From an uncultured Candidatus Marinamargulisbacteria bacterium (GTDB lineage: Bacteria; Margulisbacteria; Riflemargulisbacteria; GWF2-35-9), in the NCBI GenBank assembly GCA_903902445.1, contig CAIUUT010000202.1, positions 1 to 51,694 of the forward strand: 51,694 bases of DNA, written 5' to 3'. Under the pieces are notes generated by a model. The model searched no databases. It saw nothing but the letters and a program-made list of their open reading frames with translations, and had not been told where the DNA came from. Of this stretch, positions 10,508 through 19,448 are shown piece after piece (within the stretch, counting starts at the first letter, position 1; every line of letters begins with the position of its first letter). The position numbers and the translations under genes were made by a program.

Positions 10508-11634
10508 TCGTGAGATTCTCTGTAGCGGGAGATATTTAGGATTACACCGGTAGCAAACATGACCATAATCAGCGAAGTTCCTCCAAAACTAATAAATGGC
10601 AGAGTAATCCCTTTAGTGGGTGCAAGATTGACCGCTACACAAATATTAATAGCCCCTTGAAAGCCGATCCAACTGGCGATACCAATGCAAAGTAACTTAG
10701 AAAATAAGTCATTAACTTTAGAGGCAATTAAAAAACTACGGAATATATATAAAAAGAAGATAAATAAGAAAATAGAGGTGAAAATAAAACCCAACTCTTC
10801 AGCAATAATGGAAAAAATAAAATCAGTGTATTGTTGAGGAAGATAAAAAAACTTTTGTCTCGATTGGCCCAGCCCAAGTCCAAACAACCCCCCAGTACCC
10901 ACGGCAATTAAGGATTGGATTACGTGAAATCCCTTGCCCAAAGGATCTGCCCAGGGGTCAATAAAGGCAATGACTCTTTTTAATTGGTAAGGATTATGCA
11001 AAATACTAATAATTACCCCCCCAATAGAGGCAGGAATGAGCAGGAGCATAAAAAGCATGGGGAACCCTGAAACAAAAAGCAAGACCAACGAAACAAAAGC
11101 AAGTACTACAGAAGTCCCGAGGTCAGGTTGCCGAATAACCAATAGTACGGAAATCCCAACAAATGCCCCAATGGTCAGTAAAATACGCTTAAAGTTTTTT
11201 ATGTCATCTTTATTAACATCCAGAAAGTCTGCAATTAGCAAGATTAAGGTGAATTTTAAAACATCTGAAGGTTGAAAACGAAATCCAGCCACGACGATCC
11301 AGCGTGAAGAGCCACCGGCAATAGATCCCACATGGGGCATATAGGTTAGGAAAACTAGGAAAAGTGAAGCCAGCCAAAGGTGTAAAGAGTACCCTCGCCA
11401 AACTTTATGAGGGACAACTAAGCCTATTATAAAGAAGATGCTGCCTAAAATAATAAAGAAAACATGTTTTTTTGCAAAATAAAAGCTGTCATTATAAAGC
11501 TTGAACCCAATAATATTGGACGAACTCATAATCATTAATAGCCCAAAAATGATAAGTCCTAATGCTATGGTAAACAGTGAAATGTCAAACTTACTTTTCG
11601 CTGGAAATTCTTGATACCAATTCTCTAAAGACAT
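10504..11634 (-). CDS. ftsW: SEDS family peptidoglycan polymerase FtsW/RodA
   Basis: Polytopic membrane protein with SEDS-like sequence. The ATG at 11634 is preceded by GAGGAGAGAGG. The ORF-track start at 11676 has no SD. The gene overlaps the murD 3' end by 44 nt. Confidence 0.85.
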   Translation of the reverse strand: MSLENWYQEFPAKSKFDISLFTIALGLIIFGLLMIMSSSNIIGFKLYNDSFYFAKKHVFFIILGSIFFIIGLVVPHKVWRGYSLHLWLASLFLVFLTYMPHVGSIAGGSSRWIVVAGFRFQPSDVLKFTLILLIADFLDVNKDDIKNFKRILLTIGAFVGISVLLVIRQPDLGTSVVLAFVSLVLLFVSGFPMLFMLLLIPASIGGVIISILHNPYQLKRVIAFIDPWADPLGKGFHVIQSLIAVGTGGLFGLGLGQSRQKFFYLPQQYTDFIFSIIAEELGFIFTSIFLFIFFLYIFRSFLIASKVNDLFSKLLCIGIASWIGFQGAINICVAVNLAPTKGITLPFISFGGTSLIMVMFATGVILNISRYRESHE

Positions 11635-12832
11635 TGCCTCTCTCCTCAAAATTTTTGAACTCATCAAAGCTAGCACAACTTGGAGATAATAACACGATAT
11701 CTTGTGGGGAAGCTAATTTATATGCCAAAAGGGTTGCTTGCGACATTTTTTCAGCGTTTCCAAGTAAAAGTGAATACCCTTCTAGCTTGTCATTAAAAAA
11801 ACTACGGTCTTGGCCAAAGGTTATGACACGCAACTTTTCATTTTTTATTAGCTCAAACATTGGTTCATAGGAAACCTTTTTGCGCTCCCCGCCAAGCAAT
11901 AAAATAGTATGGGCGCAATCTACAGAGTTAATCGCGGCAATGGTTGAGTCGGGGTTTGTTCCCTTGGAGTCGTTAATAAACGTGATTTTATTCACTGGGG
12001 CTAATTTTTCTAGGCGATGGGGAATGTTTTTAATTTGCTTAACCTTTTCTAGAAAACTAAAACCATTTCCCACTAAGCTAACGGCGCAAAGAGCGGCGCA
12101 TAAGTTGTCTTGGTTATGAGCACCTAACAGGGGTGACTCCCTAAGTTCGTTTGAAAATGTATCTTTTTTTGTTTGGAAATCGACTAAATTAGTTGGCAAG
12201 GGAAGTAGTTCCTTTAATAGCTTCAGGCTCCACTCATCTTGTCCATTGTATAAAAAATGCTGCTGCGTATTTTGTCTTTTAGCCAAACTTAATTTAATAC
12301 GTCCATAATTTTCCATAGTTTTGTGCCTGTCCAGATGGTCAGGGGTGATATTCATTAAAATATAGATGTCGGGAGTGAAGGTTGGTGATTGTTCAATTTG
12401 ATAGCTCGATAACTCCAAAGAGAACATATTTGGAATTTTCTTTATGTCTTTGGAGACATAGTTAATTAATGGAATACCCACGTTCCCAGCCAAAGGAATT
12501 TGCAGTAAGTCGGCTACCAGGTGGGTCGTAGTGGTTTTTCCGTTGGTTCCAGAAATAGTAATGAAATAAGGCAATTTACCAACATACGAAAAGAGTTGAT
12601 AGGCTAGGTCTATTTCACTTAATAAGGGGAAATGGTATTTACTTTGGTATTCATCAGTATGAAGACCCGGAGATAGTATTCCTAAGTCAGGATTATCTTC
12701 AGGCGCAACTTCAGAAAATTCGCTAAACTCCTTGAGCTTTTCGCGTACGGCATTCGCCGTGACTCCGCTGCCAAAAATAGTAATTTTTTTTATGGTATGG
12801 AAATCTAACATGTTAACCGATATTAAGTGCAA
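11591..12832 (-). CDS. murD: UDP-N-acetylmuramoylalanine--D-glutamate ligase
   Basis: Mur ligase P-loop GTNGKTTTT. Position between mraY and ftsW. Confidence 0.9.
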   Translation of the reverse strand: MHLISVNMLDFHTIKKITIFGSGVTANAVREKLKEFSEFSEVAPEDNPDLGILSPGLHTDEYQSKYHFPLLSEIDLAYQLFSYVGKLPYFITISGTNGKTTTTHLVADLLQIPLAGNVGIPLINYVSKDIKKIPNMFSLELSSYQIEQSPTFTPDIYILMNITPDHLDRHKTMENYGRIKLSLAKRQNTQQHFLYNGQDEWSLKLLKELLPLPTNLVDFQTKKDTFSNELRESPLLGAHNQDNLCAALCAVSLVGNGFSFLEKVKQIKNIPHRLEKLAPVNKITFINDSKGTNPDSTIAAINSVDCAHTILLLGGERKKVSYEPMFELIKNEKLRVITFGQDRSFFNDKLEGYSLLLGNAEKMSQATLLAYKLASPQDIVLLSPSCASFDEFKNFEERGNVFRELVSRISSEK

Positions 12833-13748
12833 TCAGTGTAGCTACTATGCCGACCATCCAAAATCTCAGGACAATTTTTGGTTCCGTCCAACCGCTTAAT
12901 TCAAAGTGGTGGTGTAATGGTGACATTTTAAAGATTCGTTTACCCTTGGTTAGCTTAAAATAACTAACTTGCAGTATGACGGATAGCGTTTCAAACACGA
13001 ACACAATTCCCAAAATAATCAGCTGTAATTCTTTATGCATTATTATGGCAACTCCAGCCAAAACGGCTCCCAACGCCAAAGAACCAGTGTCTCCCATAAA
13101 TATTCGTGCGGGATTTACATTGAACCACAAGAACCCAAACAAGGCGCCGATGACGGCCAGTAGCATAACCAGCATATTATAGTCAGATTGGAAAAAAGTA
13201 AAAAACATCAAACCCAGAAAGGCGATGATTAGGTTTCCCGCGGCGAGACCATCGAGACCATCCGTAAGGTTAACGGCATTGGAGGCTCCCACGATAATAA
13301 ACACCAATAAGATATAGTAAACGACGGGCGGTAAGTAGCCCAGAACTCCGGAAACAGAGGCAAAGTGATTGCTGGCCGCCAAACATCCCACAAAAGCACT
13401 GGCTATTAGAATTTGTAAAATGAACTTAGGCGTGGCCTTTAATCCTAGGTTTTGCTGATTAAGTACTTTCTTTAGATCATCAAAAGCGCCGATTGCGGCA
13501 TAACCAAGGAGGAGGAATAGCGTGATAATTACAAAGGGACTTAAATAGGTTTTATGAATGAGTAAAGTAATCACAATGGTAAAGATTATGGCTACGCCAC
13601 CCATAGTTGGAGTGCCTTGTTTTACCATATGTGTTTGAGGCGCATCCTGCAAAATGTATTGTTTAATACTTCTTTGTTTAAAGAAATTTATAACAAAGTT
13701 AGTAGCAAACAAACTAATAAACATACTAATTAGAAAAATATTTATCAT
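12813..13748 (-). CDS. mraY: phospho-N-acetylmuramoyl-pentapeptide transferase
   Basis: Polytopic membrane protein with motifs NAVNLTDGLDGLA and MGDTGSLALG. Confidence 0.95.
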   Translation of the reverse strand: MINIFLISMFISLFATNFVINFFKQRSIKQYILQDAPQTHMVKQGTPTMGGVAIIFTIVITLLIHKTYLSPFVIITLFLLLGYAAIGAFDDLKKVLNQQNLGLKATPKFILQILIASAFVGCLAASNHFASVSGVLGYLPPVVYYILLVFIIVGASNAVNLTDGLDGLAAGNLIIAFLGLMFFTFFQSDYNMLVMLLAVIGALFGFLWFNVNPARIFMGDTGSLALGAVLAGVAIIMHKELQLIILGIVFVFETLSVILQVSYFKLTKGKRIFKMSPLHHHFELSGWTEPKIVLRFWMVGIVATLIALNIG

Positions 13749-14881
13749 GTATGATGTATAAGAGCTTCTATCGCTTCTTCTAACTTGATACCCCGAGATG
13801 CTTTAAACAATAAAACATAATCGTGGGACGCAAGTTTTTGTAAATCACTCACCAGCTCTGCCTTTCCTAAGAAATAATAACATTTTTGCGTCTTTTTCTC
13901 AAATTTTTTGTAGATATTTCCTAAAAAATAACCCTTAAGGATGTTTTCATTATTATCCACAAATTCTAATAGCCTCAAATGTTCTTTACTTTCTTCTTTT
14001 CCTAGCTCGCGCATTTCACCTAAAATTACTACTAATCGCCGCACAGGGTAATCCTTTGTTGCTTTTTTTATGGCCCAGAGCATGCTTTCAGGATTGGCGT
14101 TATAGGTGTCATCAATAATCACGGTGTTCTGCCATTCTAAGATTTGCTGACGATGGGCACTTTGCGATTTATAGTTTTTGAAAACGTGATCGATATTGCT
14201 TTGGCTGATTCCTAAGTGAAGTGCCAGTTTTTCTATCATTAAGTAGTTCGACTCGAGAGGGTCGGTTGCGTCTATGGTTTCAACAGTAAAATTATTTTTT
14301 TTTGCGATTGTGGATAATAAATCGTAGTAACTTAACGATTTATTTAAGCAGGTGTAGCATTTTTGCTCGGACATTTTTCTAAATTGGAAAATTTCAGCTT
14401 TGGCTAAGGCAATATTTCGCCTGGTTTTCAATAATTCAATATGGGTTGAGCCTACGCTGCTGATTAAAACATAGTCGGGCTTAGCAATGTTTGCCAATTC
14501 TAATATTTCCCCTCGCGCGCGCATGGCCATTTCAACTACAATGTAGTCATCATCAGGGGCGGCATTTAATAGAGTAAGAGGCACTCCCACTTGATTATTT
14601 TGATTTTCCAGGGTTTTATGTACGTTAAACTGAGTTCTCAGCACTTGAGTCAAGAGATCCTTTACTGTCGTTTTTCCAGCACTTCCAGTAATTCCGATAA
14701 TTTTTGCCGTTACATTCTTTTCTCGAAAATAGGTAGCATAGTCTGTTAACGGTACATCTAATACCTTGCTGGCGCCTTTTTGCAACACGTCATCAATAAA
14801 ATCATGTCCATCAAAATTGGGGCCCTTAATCGGGATATAAATATCTCCCGTTTGAATGGTTCGGCTATCAATGGAGTACAT
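13745..14881 (-). CDS. murF: UDP-N-acetylmuramoyl-tripeptide--D-alanyl-D-alanine ligase (compact, 378 aa)
   Basis: SIDSRTIQTGDIYIPIKG N-terminus. P-loop GITGSAGKTT. DDTYNANP motif. Confidence 0.88.
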   Translation of the reverse strand: MYSIDSRTIQTGDIYIPIKGPNFDGHDFIDDVLQKGASKVLDVPLTDYATYFREKNVTAKIIGITGSAGKTTVKDLLTQVLRTQFNVHKTLENQNNQVGVPLTLLNAAPDDDYIVVEMAMRARGEILELANIAKPDYVLISSVGSTHIELLKTRRNIALAKAEIFQFRKMSEQKCYTCLNKSLSYYDLLSTIAKKNNFTVETIDATDPLESNYLMIEKLALHLGISQSNIDHVFKNYKSQSAHRQQILEWQNTVIIDDTYNANPESMLWAIKKATKDYPVRRLVVILGEMRELGKEESKEHLRLLEFVDNNENILKGYFLGNIYKKFEKKTQKCYYFLGKAELVSDLQKLASHDYVLLFKASRGIKLEEAIEALIHHT

Positions 14882-16043
14882 CTGGAAACCTTTGTTTGAG
14901 GTATTTTCCTATTACCTCAAAGTCGTCAAAGTGATGTTTGGTGTCGCCGATAATTTGATAGTCTTCATGACCTTTTCCTGCAACAACTACAATGTCATCA
15001 ACCTGTGCCATAAAGACGGCTTCCTTAATGGCCTGCTCACGGTCTTCTATGACCTTATAGTTGGAAGTGGTAATGCCGCCCAGAATATCTTTTATAATGT
15101 CAGCTGGCTTTTCGTGGCGAGGGTTGTCGCTGGTAACAATAACAAAGTCAGAGTACTGGCACGCCGCTTTTCCCATGAGCGGACGTTTCGTGTTATCCCG
15201 ATTACCACCCGCGCCGAAAACGGTGATAAGCCTTTTCTTTGTAAGGCTTCTGGCTGTTTTTAATATATTGTCTAAGCCATCTGGAGTGTGGGCAAAGTCT
15301 ACAAACACTTGAAACGGGAGTTGTTTTGAGGCCGGTTGAAATCTACCTTTGGGGGGCTGGGACGTAGATAGTGCTTGGCGAATTTTTTCTTCGGGTAGAC
15401 CAAGCTCTTTGCAAATCGCATAGGCGGCTTGCGAATTGTAAACATTAAATTTCCCTTGTAGCGATAGAGGAAAGTCTATCTTTATTTTTTTATAATCTCG
15501 GGGATAAATGGTTGCTCCTGGTAATTGTAAAAACTTAAATTTGCTCGAAATATAATTCTTAAATGTTTTATGATAATCTAAATGGTCACGAGTGATATTC
15601 GTGAGACATTTAACTTTAAAGGGTAGTCCATAGATTCTTTTTTCTTCCACCCCAATAGACGATACTTCCATGACCAAGTACTCTTCTTCACGCTCAATCA
15701 TCTCTTTGATGAGTTTCAAAATATCGAATAATTCAGGGGTTGTCAGCGAATTCGTAATGGTACCTATGATTTGGCATTTTTTTCCGCAGCTTTCCAAAAT
15801 TTGCTTCACAAGGTAGGTTACTGTTGTTTTTCCGTTGGTTCCGGTAACTCCAATTATTTTTATCTTCGACATATCTAGCTTCCAATATCTAGATAAATAG
15901 GTAAAAACCTCAGTTTTGGAAAGTTTAATAATTCTACTTGTTTTGTTGAGTAATTCTTGATCAATATGATTAGCGCCCTTATCGATTGCTATAAAAGTGT
16001 CAGACGGCTTTATTTTTCGTGTATCATAATGTATCATATACAA
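14868..16043 (-). CDS. murE: UDP-N-acetylmuramoyl-L-alanyl-D-glutamate--2,6-diaminopimelate ligase (compact, about 390 aa)
   Basis: P-loop GVTGTNGKTT and a DNPR motif (TSDNPRHEKP) indicating meso-DAP specificity. The ATG at 16037 is the more likely start, given the promoter at 16046-16074. Confidence 0.9.
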   Translation of the reverse strand: MYMIHYDTRKIKPSDTFIAIDKGANHIDQELLNKTSRIIKLSKTEVFTYLSRYWKLDMSKIKIIGVTGTNGKTTVTYLVKQILESCGKKCQIIGTITNSLTTPELFDILKLIKEMIEREEEYLVMEVSSIGVEEKRIYGLPFKVKCLTNITRDHLDYHKTFKNYISSKFKFLQLPGATIYPRDYKKIKIDFPLSLQGKFNVYNSQAAYAICKELGLPEEKIRQALSTSQPPKGRFQPASKQLPFQVFVDFAHTPDGLDNILKTARSLTKKRLITVFGAGGNRDNTKRPLMGKAACQYSDFVIVTSDNPRHEKPADIIKDILGGITTSNYKVIEDREQAIKEAVFMAQVDDIVVVAGKGHEDYQIIGDTKHHFDDFEVIGKYLKQRFPDVLH

Positions 16044-16045
16044 TG

Positions 16046-16074
16046 ATTATATGTTCAAGCATTTGGCTTGACAA
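16046..16074 (-). promoter_or_regulatory. sigma-70-type promoter TTGTCA-17nt-TATAAT, 8 nt upstream of the murE ATG
   Basis: Minus strand reads TTGTCAagccaaatgcttgaacaTATAATcattgtatATG. Spacing counted directly. Confidence 0.55.
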
Positions 16075-16080
16075 TAGCAT

Positions 16081-16866
16081 TTGAGGCAGGGGAAATATTT
16101 ATTGTCAGATAGTAAAACAATAGTAGCTGAATATAAGCTGACCAATAGTCAACAACTAAAAGAACAGATTGTAAATGAACATTACAATTTGGTTGTCTAT
16201 ATCGCCAGAAGATTTATGGGAAAAGGCGAGGCCCTAGATGATTTAATCCAAGTGGGTATTATTGGTCTGCTGAAAGCTTTAGAAAATTTCGATCCTTCGT
16301 TCAATGCTGAATTTGCTACCTACGCAATGCCAATGATTATCGGAGAGATAAAACATTATTTTCGGGATCATGCGCGCTTAGTAAAATTGCCACGTAGACT
16401 GCATGAGCTTAATTCGCAAATAAAAAAGATTGTTTTTGAGTACCACCAAGCCAATGACAAGTCACCCACTATTCAAGAATTAGCCCAAATCTTAGAGACT
16501 TCAGAAGATGAAGTCATTGAAGCCATGGAAGCTGGTGAAGCCACTAAAGCCATCAGCCTAGATTCTCCAACCTTTGTCTCAGAGAGAAGCGGAGAAGTGG
16601 TTTCGGATGGAAAATCTTCCCTCATAGATTCTTTAGGAATTGACCATACGGAGAGTAAAATTATAGATAGGGAAGCACTAAAATTTGCCATAGCCAATGT
16701 TTTAAATCGGCGAGAACAACGTGTAATCTACATGCGATACTACGATAACCTTTCGCAACAGGAGATTGCTACTTATTTAAATCTATCCCAGATGCATGTT
16801 TCCAGAATGATTCAATTCGCTGTCAAAAAGCTAAAAAAGTTTATTCAAAAAGAAGACGCTAACTAA
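16081..16866 (+). CDS. RNA polymerase sigma factor, SigB/SigF/SigG (group 3) subfamily
   Basis: Motifs DLIQVGIIGLLKALENFDP, YAMPMIIGEIKHYFRD, KLPRRLHELNSQI and LSQMHVSRMIQFAVKKLK resemble Bacillus SigB/SigF. No ATG at the N-terminus. The TTG at 16102, preceded by GGGGA, is a plausible alternative start. Confidence 0.85.
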   Translation: MRQGKYLLSDSKTIVAEYKLTNSQQLKEQIVNEHYNLVVYIARRFMGKGEALDDLIQVGIIGLLKALENFDPSFNAEFATYAMPMIIGEIKHYFRDHARLVKLPRRLHELNSQIKKIVFEYHQANDKSPTIQELAQILETSEDEVIEAMEAGEATKAISLDSPTFVSERSGEVVSDGKSSLIDSLGIDHTESKIIDREALKFAIANVLNRREQRVIYMRYYDNLSQQEIATYLNLSQMHVSRMIQFAVKKLKKFIQKEDAN

Positions 16867-16896
16867 GGGCTACTCTTTAACCCACAAATTTGGCGC

Positions 16897-17826
16897 TTAA
16901 TTTACTTCCAAGAAAACCATAGTAATGTCGTCACCCAGCGGGATTCCCCCTGCATAATCTTTTATTTCTTCCATTATTTTGGCAAAAAAGGCATCGCCAG
17001 ATAGCCAAATGTTGCGCTTCACTATTTCTGTTAATTTTTGAACACCCAGTAATTCATCTTTGTTATTTTTTGCTTCATTTAAGCCATCAGTGTAGAGAAA
17101 TAGCTTGTCGCCCCGCTCCAAAGTTATCTCTTTTTCTTCAAATTCAGGATTGGCAAACATACCCAGAAAAACTCCTTCAGTTTCTAGCGAGAGGATGTCT
17201 CCATTTTTTCTAAACAGTAATGGCGCTGTATGACCAGCTTTTGAGTAAGTAAATTTATTATTACTAACGTCAAGCATGCCTCCAAAAACGGTTACAAAGT
17301 TAATGGCGGATCCTTCGGTATATTCAATTAATTTTTTATTGGCAATTTGCATTATTTTTTTGGGCGAATGTCTTTCTTGAAAGAGATTGTCGATAGTATT
17401 TTTTGCTAAAATCATGACCAGCGCAGAGGCCACACCGTGGCCAGATACATCACCAATGGCAAAGTCTAGCGTTTCTTCTTTATTATTCTTAATACAAATA
17501 ATGGACGGGTCTGCATGCTCTCTTTTTTCTAAGGTATTGGTTATGTTTTTTTGTAAAAGGAAAAAATCTCCGCCAATTTTTTCGGCGGGATAACAAACAG
17601 CTGATAGCTGAAAATTTTTATGTTGTATTTTATTAAAAACGAGAAGGCCACTTTGAATGCGTCTGGCCATATCTAAATCTCGAATGGATTTCATTTCATT
17701 GCGTTTGTAATTTTTCTCAATTTGCAAGTTGTTATTTTGTAACGAAACAATCTTTTTATTAAAAAGGTAGATTGTATAGCCAGCGATTGTTAATAAAACA
17801 CTCAATACTAGAATAAGAATAAGCAA
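16897..17826 (-). CDS. PP2C-type serine phosphatase (SpoIIE/RsbU family) with one N-terminal TM helix
   Basis: Motifs GDVSGHGVASALVM, YTDGLNEA and DDITMV. TTG start preceded by GGGGG. Confidence 0.85.
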   Translation of the reverse strand: MLILILVLSVLLTIAGYTIYLFNKKIVSLQNNNLQIEKNYKRNEMKSIRDLDMARRIQSGLLVFNKIQHKNFQLSAVCYPAEKIGGDFFLLQKNITNTLEKREHADPSIICIKNNKEETLDFAIGDVSGHGVASALVMILAKNTIDNLFQERHSPKKIMQIANKKLIEYTEGSAINFVTVFGGMLDVSNNKFTYSKAGHTAPLLFRKNGDILSLETEGVFLGMFANPEFEEKEITLERGDKLFLYTDGLNEAKNNKDELLGVQKLTEIVKRNIWLSGDAFFAKIMEEIKDYAGGIPLGDDITMVFLEVN

Positions 17827-17987
17827 ATTTTAACCCCCAGATGTTCCAAAAAAACTTAAGGATATCATAACATTAATTTTAGAATATTATAATTTTATAG
17901 GCAAAAATTGATGTAAAATATTTTTCACATACTTAAATTCACTTTACTCAAAATAGTCTATTAGATAGTATTATGTTAAGGTGGAAG

Positions 17988-18416
17988 ATGGTTAACAAGA
18001 ATAAACAAGCGTTTATTTTATTAGAATTACTCATTATCTTAGGGATTCTATTAACCCTATTGCCCATTTTTGTTAGATTTATTTTTGTGCAGATTAAAGA
18101 AAATCGGATTCAGTCTGAGGCATGGGAAAAGCAGGAACAAATAGATTTTACGCAAAACTATTTGCAGTCAATCCTTGATCGGGCGATATCGGTAACTGTT
18201 GAGCCTGAGAAAATGAAGGTAACTACCAGTGAAAATAGTTATGAGGTTGGTTTGCGCAAAGAGGCGCTATATATCATGCAAGAAGCGGTTCGTTATCTTA
18301 CAACAGCCCCTATAGCTATTAAAAAGATAGAGTTTGTTCCGTGCAATCAAAAATTATTAAAACTTACAATCGCTGAGAATAAAAAAAATTATGAGTTTTA
18401 CTTAAAGTTACTCTAA
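17988..18416 (+). CDS. prepilin-type N-terminal domain protein (minor pilin/pseudopilin-like)
   Basis: The second ATG is preceded by AAGGTGG. N-terminus MVNKNKQA/FILLELLIILGIL matches a short basic leader, then F+1 and E+5, then a hydrophobic helix. Position -1 is Ala, not Gly. Confidence 0.5.
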   Translation: MVNKNKQAFILLELLIILGILLTLLPIFVRFIFVQIKENRIQSEAWEKQEQIDFTQNYLQSILDRAISVTVEPEKMKVTTSENSYEVGLRKEALYIMQEAVRYLTTAPIAIKKIEFVPCNQKLLKLTIAENKKNYEFYLKLL

Positions 18417-18477
18417 GTCTGAAGCGGACTTCACGTCTCAGTTGCAAAAGATGTAAAATAATATTAATGCAAGCTGT

Positions 18478-19347
18478 TTAAGGCTTAATTAGTGGAAATC
18501 CCAAGGCTTCTCGGGTTTGCAAATAAATGGCAGCACTTTTCTTAGCCATATTGCGAATGCGTCCAATGTAGGTTGTTCGCTCTGCCACGCTTATAGCGCC
18601 ACGAGCATCAAGTAAGTTGAAGGTATGGGAGCACTTCAGGCAATAGTCATAGGCAGGTAGAACCAGATTCTTTTCCAGACAACGCAAGGATTCTTTTTCA
18701 AATTGCGAAAACAGAGAGCTGAGCATGGCAATGTCAGCCACTTCAAAATTATAGGTACTTTGTTCTTTCTCGTTTTGCAGGTATACGTCACCATATTTTA
18801 TGCCATCTACCCATTCCACATCAAAGACCGATTCTTTCGCTTGGATGTACATGGCCAGTCTCTCCAACCCATAGGTAATTTCTACAGATATGGGCTTTAG
18901 TTCAACCCCCCCACATTGTTGAAAGTAGGTAAACTGTGTAATTTCCATGCCGTCTAGCCAGACTTCCCAGCCAACTCCAGCGGCACCCAGCGTAGGCGAT
19001 TCCCAATTGTCCTCTACAAAGCGCAAGTCATGTTCTTTCACTTTTACCCCAATTACTTCTAAGCTCTGTCGGTACAGCTCTTGAATGTTGAGTGGGGAAG
19101 GTTTGATTATCACTTGAAATTGAAAGTAGTGTTGCAGTCTATTAGGGTTTTCGCCATATCGTCCATCCGTAGGTCGTCGAGAGGGTTCAACATAGGCAAC
19201 GCTAAAAGGTTCTGGCCCGAGTACACGCAAAAAAGTCGCTGGGTTCATGGTTCCAGCACCTTTTTCCATATCGTAGGGCTGTTGTAGGATGCAACCTTGC
19301 TTGGCCCAGAAATTTTGTAAGGAAAGTATGATGTCTTGAAAATTCAT
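18478..19347 (-). CDS. glyQ: glycine--tRNA ligase alpha subunit
   Basis: Highly conserved GlyQ sequence: [40 protein letters not shown]. Confidence 0.95.
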   Translation of the reverse strand: MNFQDIILSLQNFWAKQGCILQQPYDMEKGAGTMNPATFLRVLGPEPFSVAYVEPSRRPTDGRYGENPNRLQHYFQFQVIIKPSPLNIQELYRQSLEVIGVKVKEHDLRFVEDNWESPTLGAAGVGWEVWLDGMEITQFTYFQQCGGVELKPISVEITYGLERLAMYIQAKESVFDVEWVDGIKYGDVYLQNEKEQSTYNFEVADIAMLSSLFSQFEKESLRCLEKNLVLPAYDYCLKCSHTFNLLDARGAISVAERTTYIGRIRNMAKKSAAIYLQTREALGFPLIKP

Positions 19348-19354
19348 GGGAGAT

Positions 19355-19363
19355 ATTATGGCA
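19355..19363 (-). promoter_or_regulatory. extended -10 TGcCATAAT, 7 nt upstream of the glyQ ATG (leaderless candidate)
   Basis: Minus strand reads aTGCCATAATatctcccATG. No SD. Confidence 0.4.
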
Positions 19364-19411
19364 TATTAGTTTTGTTTTTTCTACACTCCTCTTATGTCGT
19401 AAGGAGGGAAA

Positions 19412-19448
19412 TTGTCAATTTGTCAAAACAGAAGAAACCCTTTGTCAA
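19412..19448 (+). repeat. three direct copies of TTGTCAA (19412, 19420, 19442)
   Basis: Read directly. The third copy doubles as the -35 of the rpsF promoter. Confidence 0.6.

Noticed and set aside
14856-15312. 135-aa and 83-aa plus-strand ORFs opposite murE
   Set aside because: They are antisense to a conserved Mur ligase frame. The composition is not protein-like and there are no start signals.
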